Source: Alphaproteobacteria bacterium (GTDB lineage Bacteria; Pseudomonadota; Alphaproteobacteria; Caulobacterales; Aquidulcibacteraceae). From it: a DNA stretch of 57,037 nt. The stretch is taken from assembly GCA_003242075.1 (NCBI GenBank), contig QBMO01000002.1, positions 32,397 through 89,433 on the forward strand. Reading direction: 5' to 3'. Under the pieces are notes generated by a model. That model had not been told where the DNA came from. It worked only from the letters and a program-made list of their open reading frames with translations, and did not search any database. This document shows, one piece after another, positions 48,659 to 57,037 of this stretch (position 1 is the first letter of the stretch; each line of letters starts with the position of its first letter). The position numbers and the translations under genes are program-made.

Positions 48659-49056
48659 CCTCACCCGAGGATCGCGCGCTTATCGAACGCAGCCTGGAGA
48701 TCGCCGCTGAACGCGGCGGCGATCTCACCAGCGCCGTCTACGCCCGCCTCTTCAGCGAACGGCCGGAATTGGAGGCGATGTTCGTCATGGATACGGACGG
48801 CGCCGTGCGCGGCGAGATGCTCTCACGCGTCTTCGCCGCCATCCTCGATCTCATCGGCGATGGCGCCTACGCGCAAAACTGGATCCGCGCTGAGGCGACG
48901 ACGCACGAGGGCTATCTGGTGCCGCGTGCGGATTTCGCGCGGTTTTTTGAGATCGTGGCTGAGACAGTGCGCGACGCGTGTGGCGCGGATTGGGACGGCG
49001 CGATGGAGGAAGCCTGGTCCGACCTGCTGTTGGCCGTTCGCGTCTACGTTGTTTAG
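48655..49056 (+). CDS. Single-domain globin
   Basis: VYARLF..P....MF (B10 Tyr, CD1 Phe), proximal His in THEGY, AW in the H helix; GTGA overlap. Confidence 0.85.
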   Translation: MTSPEDRALIERSLEIAAERGGDLTSAVYARLFSERPELEAMFVMDTDGAVRGEMLSRVFAAILDLIGDGAYAQNWIRAEATTHEGYLVPRADFARFFEIVAETVRDACGADWDGAMEEAWSDLLLAVRVYVV

Positions 49057-49082
49057 CTCACCGTTTGGTGGGATACGAAGCT

Positions 49083-49601
49083 GTGAGCAACTTCATCGCC
49101 CCCCTGATGATTTTGACCGCGTTCGCGGTAGGCGGCGTCATCGATTTGTTCGTCCGGCGCAACGGCAGCGTCGTTCTGAACGTCGACCAAGGTCGCGCGC
49201 GCTATCCCGGCATGGTCTGCTCGTTCGGTGTGGTGGGCTTAGTGATGGCGCTCGTCGTCATAGCATTCACGGCATTGGAAGCTGAGCTTTGGCCCTACTG
49301 GCCGATCGCGGTTCTGGTCGCGTTGGTACTTGCAGGCACCGGCGCCTACAGCATCCGCATGTGGACGATGACTCGGTGGGAGTGGAACGCCGACAGCATC
49401 ACGCTTGCGTTAGGCAAACGCATTACCAGTGTAAGGTGGTCGGACATCACGCACGCCAAGTGGCTGATTGGCGGTTGGCGCATCACGGGACCGGCTGGCG
49501 CCGTTTCTTGTTGGTACAACGTCGTCGGCTACGACGTCATGACTGAGGCGTTGATCAAACATCGCCCAGACTTGGCACATATCACGCATCTTCGCGCTTG
49601 A
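49083..49601 (+). CDS. Hypothetical membrane protein (start uncertain)
   Basis: Three hydrophobic segments then a beta-rich tail (VRWSDIT). Confidence 0.65.
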   Translation: MSNFIAPLMILTAFAVGGVIDLFVRRNGSVVLNVDQGRARYPGMVCSFGVVGLVMALVVIAFTALEAELWPYWPIAVLVALVLAGTGAYSIRMWTMTRWEWNADSITLALGKRITSVRWSDITHAKWLIGGWRITGPAGAVSCWYNVVGYDVMTEALIKHRPDLAHITHLRA

Positions 49602-50214
49602 TCGCAAATTTGTCCCGATGCTTGCCCTGCGCGTCGGCGTAGTGCGCCTGGATCAGCGGCAAATCCGCTTCGTAATCCCCGCTCGGAAACACCACAGCCG
49701 CGAGCCGCACTTGGCGCTTGCCGTAATCCAGCACGCTCAGCACGATCGGCACGCCCGCGCCGACAGCGATGTGATAGAAGCCACTCTTCCATTCGCGCAC
49801 AGCGTTGCGCGTGCCTTCGGGCGGAATGGCCAGCACCATGCGCTCTTCGCCCGCGAACGCCTCCGCCATCGCGCTCACCACGTCATTGCTTTGCGAGCGA
49901 TCGATCGGCACGCAGCCGAGCCATTTGATCAGCCAGCCGAACGGACCACGCGTCAGGCTCTTCTTGCCCATCCAGCGCAAACGCACGCGGTAATAGCCCG
50001 CCGCCGCCAGCATGTTTATCCCGTCCCAGTTCGACGTATGCGGCGCCGCCACCAGCACCATCTTGTCGAACGCCGGCCAGTCGCCGTGAATGCTCCAGCC
50101 GCCCAGCTTCAGATACGCGCCGCTGATCCAGTGAACGATCTCGGACATCACGCCGCCAAAGCGCGCCGGCCGCGCGGTTGTTGGGGAGAGCAAAATCTGC
50201 GGCGGCGACGTCAT
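49582..50214 (-). CDS. 1-acyl-sn-glycerol-3-phosphate acyltransferase family
   Basis: APHTSNWD, PIDR, PEGTR and WKSGFYHIA. Confidence 0.93.
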   Translation of the reverse strand: MTSPPQILLSPTTARPARFGGVMSEIVHWISGAYLKLGGWSIHGDWPAFDKMVLVAAPHTSNWDGINMLAAAGYYRVRLRWMGKKSLTRGPFGWLIKWLGCVPIDRSQSNDVVSAMAEAFAGEERMVLAIPPEGTRNAVREWKSGFYHIAVGAGVPIVLSVLDYGKRQVRLAAVVFPSGDYEADLPLIQAHYADAQGKHRDKFAIKREDA

Positions 50215-50275
50215 TGCGCCCTCTTACGGGGTGTCGCGGCGGCGGCGATAGGACTTTCGACGGCGGGCGCTCGTT

Positions 50276-51490
50276 TTAAGCGACGCGGCCAGCCTCGGCG
50301 CGGCGCACGATGCACAGCATAAGCAGCGCAACAACCAGTGGTGCGATCGGCAAGTGCGCGGCGGCCGCCAGCGGTCGCGAGATCAAAGGCAGCACGAACG
50401 CCGCCAAAAGCGCCATGCGCTCCCACGGCAAGAATCCGCCGCGCAATGCGCTCACGAACACCCAAGCCAACGGCACGATCAACAGCGTGAGGTCATAGTC
50501 GAGCAGAAACGGCGTCGCCAACAGCGTCGCGCAGGCGAACGCTGCGCCATTGGCGCGATCGTCACCGGCGCGGCGCACACGCCACAAGGCATAGAGCGCC
50601 CCGCACAAAGCCGCCCCCTGTACGGCCCACGCCAGCGCTGCGGGCCCCCCGACCAAACGCACAGCGGCAAAGGCGCTCTGCATCTTGGCGAAGCCGACGA
50701 GATCGTCATCGAGCACTGCGCGCGCGGTGGCCGAGGTTTCGATGAAGGCCAGCCACGCCTCGGTCCCGAACGCGAGCCAGGAAAGCAAGCAAAGCCCGAG
50801 GGCTGTCACGCTGGCGCTCAAGAAGCTCCGCCAATTGCCGCCGAAAATGAGGAAGATCGGCACGAGCAGCGCCAAATGCGGTTTGATCACCAACGCGCCG
50901 AACAACACGCCCGCGAGATAGGGCCGCTTTTGGTGCAAAAGCGCGCCGCCGCCGAGCAGCGCCGCCGTCAGGAATCCATTCTGCCCGTGGCCGATATTGA
51001 CGATCACCGCCGGAAACGCCGCCAGCGCAAGCCACGTCATCCGTTCGCGCGCCACATCGCCCAGCCAGGCGCGCGCCATCTGCACCCACGCTGCGCCAGT
51101 GACAGCCAGCCAAACGACCAACGACACGAGATACGGCAGCAACGCCAGCGGTAAGCAGATCAACAGATATGGCGGCGGGTAGAAGAACGCCGCATAGCCC
51201 GCATCCGGCCCGAACGCCGCAGCTTGGCGCTCATTGTGCGCAGCCATGTTCCAGACGTCAGCCGGCGCGCCGGCGAGCGCCAATTGCGAGGCGGTCCAGA
51301 AGCTTGAGAAATCGGTGCCGATCGGCCGGCCCAGCGGGTCGAGCAGACCGTTGGACATCGCCAGATAGCCGACCATTGTCGCAGCCATCAGCACGGCCAG
51401 TATGACCAAATAGCCGCGCGCCCGGTCCCGGTCGAACCAGGCGCCGGCGCGCAGCGCATCCACTGTGCGCAGGGCGAGACTCGCGAGCAT
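50276..51490 (-). CDS. Glycosyltransferase family 87 (DUF2029) membrane protein
   Basis: GTDFSSFW, FFYPPP, GQNGFL, IKPHL and DYDL. Confidence 0.9.
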   Translation of the reverse strand: MLASLALRTVDALRAGAWFDRDRARGYLVILAVLMAATMVGYLAMSNGLLDPLGRPIGTDFSSFWTASQLALAGAPADVWNMAAHNERQAAAFGPDAGYAAFFYPPPYLLICLPLALLPYLVSLVVWLAVTGAAWVQMARAWLGDVARERMTWLALAAFPAVIVNIGHGQNGFLTAALLGGGALLHQKRPYLAGVLFGALVIKPHLALLVPIFLIFGGNWRSFLSASVTALGLCLLSWLAFGTEAWLAFIETSATARAVLDDDLVGFAKMQSAFAAVRLVGGPAALAWAVQGAALCGALYALWRVRRAGDDRANGAAFACATLLATPFLLDYDLTLLIVPLAWVFVSALRGGFLPWERMALLAAFVLPLISRPLAAAAHLPIAPLVVALLMLCIVRRAEAGRVA

Positions 51491-51572
51491 CCCCTGCAGA
51501 TAAAGCCGGAAGGCTTAAGACCCCCTTGCGCGCGGTTGCCGAGCGCGCTTAGGCCGGTCAGAAGAGAGCATT

Positions 51573-52847
51573 ATGAAGATTCTGATCGTCGGCTCGGGCG
51601 GGCGCGAGCACGCTTTGGGCTGGAAACTCGCGCAGAGCCCGCTCGTTTCGGAGCTGATGTCGGCGCCCGGCAATCCGGGGCTGGCAGCACTCGGCCGCAC
51701 GTTCCCGGTAAAGGTCGAACAAGCGGCGGAACTGGCGGCGCTGGCGGCGCGCGAGCAAGTCGATCTCGTCGTCATCGGGCCCGAAGTCGCGGCGGCGGCA
51801 GGGCTTGCCGATCATTTGGCGACGCTGGGCATCCCCTGCTTCGGGCCAAGCAAGGCGGCGGCCGAGTTGGAAGCCTCGAAAGCCTTCATGAAAGAATTCT
51901 GCCTGCGCCACGGCGTGCCGACGGCGGAGTACAAAGTCTTTGATGACGCCATTCGCGCCAAAGCTTATCTCGGCGACCGCGAGCCGCCGTTCGTGATCAA
52001 AGCGGACGGCCTCGCCGCTGGCAAAGGCGTCGTCATCGCCGAAACGCGCCGCGCGGCCGACGAAGCGATCGATGAGATATTGTTCCTGCGCAAGTTCGGC
52101 ACCGCCGGCCAACGCATCGTCATCGAAGATTTCCTGCCGGGCGAGGAAGCCAGCTTCTTTGCGCTCTGCGACGGTGAAACCGCGATCCCGCTGGTCGCCG
52201 CGCAAGATCACAAGCGCGCTTACGATGGCGATAAAGGGCCAAACACGGGCGGCATGGGCGCTTACTCGCCCGCGCCAATCCTGACCGACGCAGCGCGCGA
52301 TCAGACGATGGAGCAAATCATTTTGCCCACGCTGCGCGGCATGAAGGCCGAGGGCCGCCCATTCGTCGGCATATTATTCGCGGGGCTTATGATCAGCGCC
52401 GATGGGCCGAAGCTGATCGAGTTCAACGTCCGCTTCGGCGATCCCGAATGCCAGACGCTGATGCGGCGCCTGAAAAGCGATCTCGCGCCCGTGCTGCTCG
52501 CGGCAGCGAAAGGTGATCTCGCGAATGCGCCCGCGCTCGAATGGGATGCGCGATCGGCGGTCACCGTCGTCTATGCAGCGCAAGGCTATCCAGACGAGCC
52601 GCTGACCGGCTCCGTCATCCGCGGCGTCACCCAGGCGAACGCAGTGCCTGACGTGGTCGTCTTCCACGCCGGCACGCGCGAGGACGAAGATGGCACGCTG
52701 CGCGCCGCCGGAGGCCGCGTGCTCAATGTCACGGCCACAGGCGACACGCTGACACAGGCTGTCGCCAGCGCCTATGCCGGCGTCGCCCAAATCGACTGGC
52801 CCGGCGGCTTCTGCCGCAGCGACATCGCCTGGCGGGCGCTGGGTTAA
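51573..52847 (+). CDS. purD: Phosphoribosylamine--glycine ligase
   Basis: GSGGREHAL, KADGLAAGKGV, QDHKR..GPNTGGMGAY and EFNVRFGDPE. Confidence 0.99.
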   Translation: MKILIVGSGGREHALGWKLAQSPLVSELMSAPGNPGLAALGRTFPVKVEQAAELAALAAREQVDLVVIGPEVAAAAGLADHLATLGIPCFGPSKAAAELEASKAFMKEFCLRHGVPTAEYKVFDDAIRAKAYLGDREPPFVIKADGLAAGKGVVIAETRRAADEAIDEILFLRKFGTAGQRIVIEDFLPGEEASFFALCDGETAIPLVAAQDHKRAYDGDKGPNTGGMGAYSPAPILTDAARDQTMEQIILPTLRGMKAEGRPFVGILFAGLMISADGPKLIEFNVRFGDPECQTLMRRLKSDLAPVLLAAAKGDLANAPALEWDARSAVTVVYAAQGYPDEPLTGSVIRGVTQANAVPDVVVFHAGTREDEDGTLRAAGGRVLNVTATGDTLTQAVASAYAGVAQIDWPGGFCRSDIAWRALG

Positions 52848-52888
52848 GATGCTTGCGCTTCGCACTGGTGCATCCCTAAGCTTGCGAG

Positions 52889-53968
52889 ATGAGCGAACCC
52901 GCCGAAGACCCCCACGCAAACTTCAAAGGCGTGAAGCCTGTCGAGGAGCGCCATAAGCTTGATGAAGCGGCGCTCGATGCATGGATGCGCGTGAACGTTG
53001 ACGGCTATGCGGGGCCGCTCTCGATCAATCAGTTCAAGGGCGGACAATCGAATCCCACATACCAGGTCGTCACGCCGAACGCGAAGTACGTGCTGCGCAA
53101 GAAGCCCGGCGGCAAGTTGCTCCCCTCCGCACATGCGGTCGACCGCGAGTTTCGCGTCATCTCGGCGCTTTATCCCACCGGCTTTCCGGTCGCGCGGCCA
53201 TATGCGCTTTGCGAGGACGATAGCGTGCTTGGCGCGATGTTCTACGTGATGGAGATGGTCGAAGGCCGCGTGCTGTGGAACGGAGCGCTGCCGGAGTTGG
53301 AAAAAGCTGATCGCCGGCGCGTCTACGAAAATAAGATCGCCACGCTCGCCAAACTGCACAACACCGATCACGTCGCCATCGGCCTCAGCGAATACGGCAA
53401 GCCCGGCAATTATTTCGTGCGCCAGATCGATCGCTGGTCGAAGCAATACAAGTTGAGCGAAACTGAAACCATCGACGAGATGAACCGCCTGATCGAGTGG
53501 TTGCCGCAAACCATCCCGCCGGGTGAGCGCACCGGAATCGTCCACGGCGATTATCGGCTCGACAATCTGATCCTGCACGAAACCGAACCACGCGTGATCG
53601 CCGTGCTGGATTGGGAGCTATCCACACTCGGCGATCCGCTCGGCGACTTTACCTATTATCTGATGAACTGGGCGATGCCGCATGATGGCCGCGCGGGTCT
53701 CGGCGGGCTTGATGTCGAAGCGCTCGGCATTCCGACGCTAGACGAAGCAGTTGCGCTGTATTGCGCGCAGACTGGCCGCGACGGCATCGCTTCGCTCGAT
53801 TGGTATTTCTCCTACAACGCCTTCCGCCTCGCTTGCATTCTGCAAGGCATCGCCGGGCGCGTCCGCGACGGCACCGCGGCTAGCGCGCACGCGACGCAAA
53901 TGATCGCGCGCATCCGCCCGCTGGCGAGTGCTGCCTTCATGTATGCAGAGCGCGCCGGGCTCAAATGA
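52889..53968 (+). CDS. APH-family phosphotransferase (ACAD10/11 N-terminal-like)
   Basis: GGQSNPTY, SAHAVDRE, HGDYRLDN and LDWELSTLGDP. Confidence 0.93.
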   Translation: MSEPAEDPHANFKGVKPVEERHKLDEAALDAWMRVNVDGYAGPLSINQFKGGQSNPTYQVVTPNAKYVLRKKPGGKLLPSAHAVDREFRVISALYPTGFPVARPYALCEDDSVLGAMFYVMEMVEGRVLWNGALPELEKADRRRVYENKIATLAKLHNTDHVAIGLSEYGKPGNYFVRQIDRWSKQYKLSETETIDEMNRLIEWLPQTIPPGERTGIVHGDYRLDNLILHETEPRVIAVLDWELSTLGDPLGDFTYYLMNWAMPHDGRAGLGGLDVEALGIPTLDEAVALYCAQTGRDGIASLDWYFSYNAFRLACILQGIAGRVRDGTAASAHATQMIARIRPLASAAFMYAERAGLK

Positions 53969-54399
53969 ACGAACGCCAGCGCGATCTTTTTCTCTACGTC
54001 TGGTCGCAACGCCGCAAACGCGGACAAGCCGCCGTTTCGCTGATGGGCGCAGGCATCGGCGCAGCTGGCGGCGTACTTTTCACCGTGCTCCTGGTCAGCG
54101 CAGGCGGCGGCGATCGTGGCAGTTACACCGGGCTCTCCGCCATCATCCCGACCCTCACGCAAGGCGCCGCGATGCTGGCTATGGCCGTGCCGGCATTTGC
54201 GTTCATCGGCTTCGTCGGCGCCAATCGCGTCTATGCATCGCAGGAAGCGATGTACCAATCGATCCTCGCCACGGGCGCGCAAATCCCGTCAGAGAAGCCG
54301 GTGATGCAGCCTGGCGACCGCGGGCCAGCGCTTGCCGTGGCGATAGCCGTGGGCGTCATCGCCACCTTCATCATCGTTCTTTTTGCGATGTATTGGTGA
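53965..54399 (+). CDS. Hypothetical membrane protein
   Basis: Three TM segments; ATGA overlap with the upstream gene. Confidence 0.75.
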   Translation: MNERQRDLFLYVWSQRRKRGQAAVSLMGAGIGAAGGVLFTVLLVSAGGGDRGSYTGLSAIIPTLTQGAAMLAMAVPAFAFIGFVGANRVYASQEAMYQSILATGAQIPSEKPVMQPGDRGPALAVAIAVGVIATFIIVLFAMYW

Positions 54400-54463
54400 G
54401 CGTAAACGGTTGACGGCACGCGCGGCTTCGGTTCGATCAGCGCACACGTTTCAGGGGGATCAC

Positions 54464-55777
54464 ATGCTGCGGCGCACACTTACTTTGGCCGGCGCGCTTG
54501 GCGCGCTCGCAATCCTGACGAGTTCGGGCTTCGCGCAAGAAGCGGCGCCGCAGGTGCAGAGCATCATTCACGCCGGCCGCCTGCTCGCGGACCCGGCGAC
54601 CGGCCGCGTCGCGACTGAGCAATCGATCCTCATTGGCGCCGACGGCCGCGTCATCGGCATCGAAGCCGGTTACGTCACGCGCGACGGCGCAACCATCATC
54701 GATCAGCGCGAACGCTTCGTGCTCCCGGGCCTGATCGATAGCCACGTCCACCTCGCCAATGAACTTGGGCCGATGAGGATCTACGATGCGGTGCTGCTGA
54801 CGCCGGCGGATGCCGCGCTGCGCGCTGCGCAAAACGGCCGCACCAATCTGCTCGCGGGATTCACCACAGTCGCGGACCTCGGCGCGCCGAACGACGCGAT
54901 CTTCGCGCTGCGCCGCGCCATCAACGAAGGCCGCATCGTCGGTCCGCGCATCATCGCCTCCGGCCGCAGCATCACGCCAGACGGCGGCCACGGCGACGCA
55001 CAAGCCTTCCAACCCGACGTACTCCATGTCCTGCGCAGCGAAAGCGCCTGCTCCGGCGCCGACGAATGCCGCCGCGACGTGCGTCGTCAAATCCAAGCCG
55101 GCGCCGATGTGATCAAGATCACAGCCACGGGCGGCGTCCTCTCCAACACCGCCGCCGGCGTCGGTCAGCAGTTGAGCGATGACGAACTCAGCGCCATCGT
55201 CGAAGCCGCGCACGCCATGGGTCGACGCGTCACAGCGCACGCGCACGGCGTCGACGGGATCAACGCTGCGCTGCGCGCCGGCGTCGATTCCATCGAACAC
55301 GGCTCCTACATCGATCGCGAGTCGGTGCGCCTACTGCGGCAAGGCGACCGTTACCTGGTGCCGACCCTGCTGGCCGGCTGGTGGGTCGGCCAATTGGCCG
55401 AACAGGGCGGCACGTTGACGCCGGCGCAAACCACTAAGGCGCGCCAAGTCAGCCGCGACATGGCCAATATGGGACGTTTCGCCCGCCAGAATCGCGTGCG
55501 CATCGCCTTCGGCACGGACACCGGCGTATCGCCGCACGGCATGAACGCGCGCGAGTTCCAGCTCCTGGTCGATGCCGGTTTCACGCCGCTGCAGACGATT
55601 CAAATGGCCACGATCAACGCCGCCGATCACCTACAACTCAGCGGCACAGCCGGCCGCATCGCCGCCGGCTATTCCGCCGACATTATCGCAGTCGATAGCG
55701 ATCCCACCCAAGACGTCGAGACGCTGATGACTGTCCGCTTCGTCATGGCGCGCGGGACCACGCATAAGGACGAGTAG
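54464..55777 (+). CDS. Secreted amidohydrolase family protein (Xaa-Pro dipeptidase-like)
   Basis: PGLIDSHVH, IKITATGG, AHAHG, SIEHG and FGTD; signal peptide. Confidence 0.92.
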   Translation: MLRRTLTLAGALGALAILTSSGFAQEAAPQVQSIIHAGRLLADPATGRVATEQSILIGADGRVIGIEAGYVTRDGATIIDQRERFVLPGLIDSHVHLANELGPMRIYDAVLLTPADAALRAAQNGRTNLLAGFTTVADLGAPNDAIFALRRAINEGRIVGPRIIASGRSITPDGGHGDAQAFQPDVLHVLRSESACSGADECRRDVRRQIQAGADVIKITATGGVLSNTAAGVGQQLSDDELSAIVEAAHAMGRRVTAHAHGVDGINAALRAGVDSIEHGSYIDRESVRLLRQGDRYLVPTLLAGWWVGQLAEQGGTLTPAQTTKARQVSRDMANMGRFARQNRVRIAFGTDTGVSPHGMNAREFQLLVDAGFTPLQTIQMATINAADHLQLSGTAGRIAAGYSADIIAVDSDPTQDVETLMTVRFVMARGTTHKDE

Positions 55778-55821
55778 CGCCACTCTGGCGGGCGGCCGCG
55801 AATAGGTCTATCGGCTCGGCC

Positions 55822-56751
55822 ATGCTTCGTGTCATTGCCCGCGGCGGCGCAGAGGCGGCGTGTGAAGACCCCGCCGCGCTCTGGTACGACCTGGAATCGC
55901 CCACCGAACAGGAAGAGGCGGACGTCGAGGCGGACCTCGGCGTTGACGTGCCGACGCCGGACGAGCGTGCCGCGTTCGAAGAATCGGCGCGCTATTACGA
56001 AGAAGGCGACTCACTCCACCTCACCGCAACCCTGCTCGGCCGGCGCGACGAGGGCATGCTGATCTCCGGGCCGGTGACGTTCATTCTCGCCAAGGGCAAA
56101 CTCGTCACCGTCCGCCAAGTGCGCCCGCGCGCGTTCGATATCGGCCAAGGCCGCGCGTCGGCGCGCGTCTCCTCGGCCCAGAACGGCGGCGATGTCATGC
56201 TGGCGCTGATCGAGGGCGCAGCGGAACGGCTGGCCGACGTGCTCGCTGACGCCACACGCGACGCCAATGCGCTCTCGCTGCGCGTGTTCGACGAAACTGA
56301 GACCATCGATTTGCGCGGCGCTTTGCGCGAACTGGGCCGCATCGGCGCGCTCGCCGCGCTCGTGCACGACTCGCTGACCAGTATGCAGCGCATGCTCGTC
56401 TACGCCCGCGCGAGCGGCAAAAAATATGGGCTGGCGAACGACCGCCTTTCGGCGCTGGCGCGTGATGTCGGCGAACTGGAACGCATTGCTGAACAGATGC
56501 AGCCGCGCCTCTCCTATCTGCAGGATGCGGTGCTCGGCCTGATCAACGCGGCGCAGACCAATGTGCTGAAAGCGCTTTCGCTGGCGACCATCGCCTTCGT
56601 CCCGCCAACCTTGATCGCATCCATCTTCGGCATGAACTTCGACGGCATGACATGGTTTCGCGAACCGTGGGGACCATGGGTCGGCGTTGCGATGATGTTT
56701 GCCGCGCCGGCGATTCTGTTCGCCATCGCCAAGTGGCGCAAGTGGTTCTGA
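55822..56751 (+). CDS. corA: CorA family Mg2+ transporter
   Basis: PPTLIASIFGMNF (GMN signature) and two C-terminal TMs. Confidence 0.93.
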   Translation: MLRVIARGGAEAACEDPAALWYDLESPTEQEEADVEADLGVDVPTPDERAAFEESARYYEEGDSLHLTATLLGRRDEGMLISGPVTFILAKGKLVTVRQVRPRAFDIGQGRASARVSSAQNGGDVMLALIEGAAERLADVLADATRDANALSLRVFDETETIDLRGALRELGRIGALAALVHDSLTSMQRMLVYARASGKKYGLANDRLSALARDVGELERIAEQMQPRLSYLQDAVLGLINAAQTNVLKALSLATIAFVPPTLIASIFGMNFDGMTWFREPWGPWVGVAMMFAAPAILFAIAKWRKWF

Positions 56752-56846
56752 CGGGCATCTCGCGGGTCCGACGGCAATCCGAAATAAGCCATCTTTCGCG
56801 TCACTGGCGCCTATGCTTGGCGCGTCGGTGCAATCGCCTTAAATCC

Positions 56847-56878
56847 AAAAAGCGGCGCAGAAGTGCGCAGCTCTTTTT
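56847..56878 (+). terminator. Possible intrinsic terminator
   Basis: AGCGGCGCA-GAAG-TGCGCAGCT (one mismatch) followed by CTTTTT. Confidence 0.5.
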
Positions 56879-56895
56879 CGCATAAGGACGATATC

Positions 56896-57037
56896 ATGAA
56901 GAGAGAACTTGTTCTCGCCGTCGCAGCGACTGTGGCGCTCGCTGGCTGCGGCACGCAGATGGGCGATCGCTTGGCTTCTGGCGCCGCCATCGGCGCGGGC
57001 ACCGGCGCAGTGTTCGGCGGCGTCGGCGCGCTGCCAG
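56896..57037 (+). CDS. Glycine-zipper lipoprotein, 5' part only
   Basis: SD TAAGGA; MKRELVLAVAATVALAGC lipobox; GAAIGAGTGAVFGG. Confidence 0.85.
   Translation, partial: MKRELVLAVAATVALAGCGTQMGDRLASGAAIGAGTGAVFGGVGALP

Overview
GC-rich (roughly 65%) alphaproteobacterial chromosome segment, most consistent with Caulobacterales/Hyphomonadaceae (inferred from gene order, a UrcA-family gene and a ctpA-lpxJ-waaA-lpxK arrangement). Most of it is housekeeping: an aa3 cytochrome c oxidase operon, tldD and pmbA, rsmE-gshA, ubiA-alkA, a lipid A cluster, xseA, purD, corA and several peptidases and transporters. I found no rRNA, tRNA, CRISPR array or prophage. The features most worth follow-up are: (1) a ~240-nt leader with a chain of three uORFs (SD-led MVVRKTRI carrying a +X+ motif) in front of an SD-less ABC exporter, a candidate ribosome-dependent attenuator; (2) a stand-alone, membrane-anchorless VirD4/TraG ATPase with no T4SS nearby; (3) an unannotated 27-aa Lys/Ala microprotein with its own SD and terminator right after tldD; (4) a GT25/DUF6165/TPR-GT9 glycosylation-like trio; (5) a RAYT flanked by inverted REPs, plus a distant REP doublet; (6) a GNAT gene broken by a 47-bp inverted duplication; (7) a beta-solenoid protein with a channel-like C-terminus; (8) many apparently leaderless genes. 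All family assignments come from motif recognition by eye; no database searches were run.
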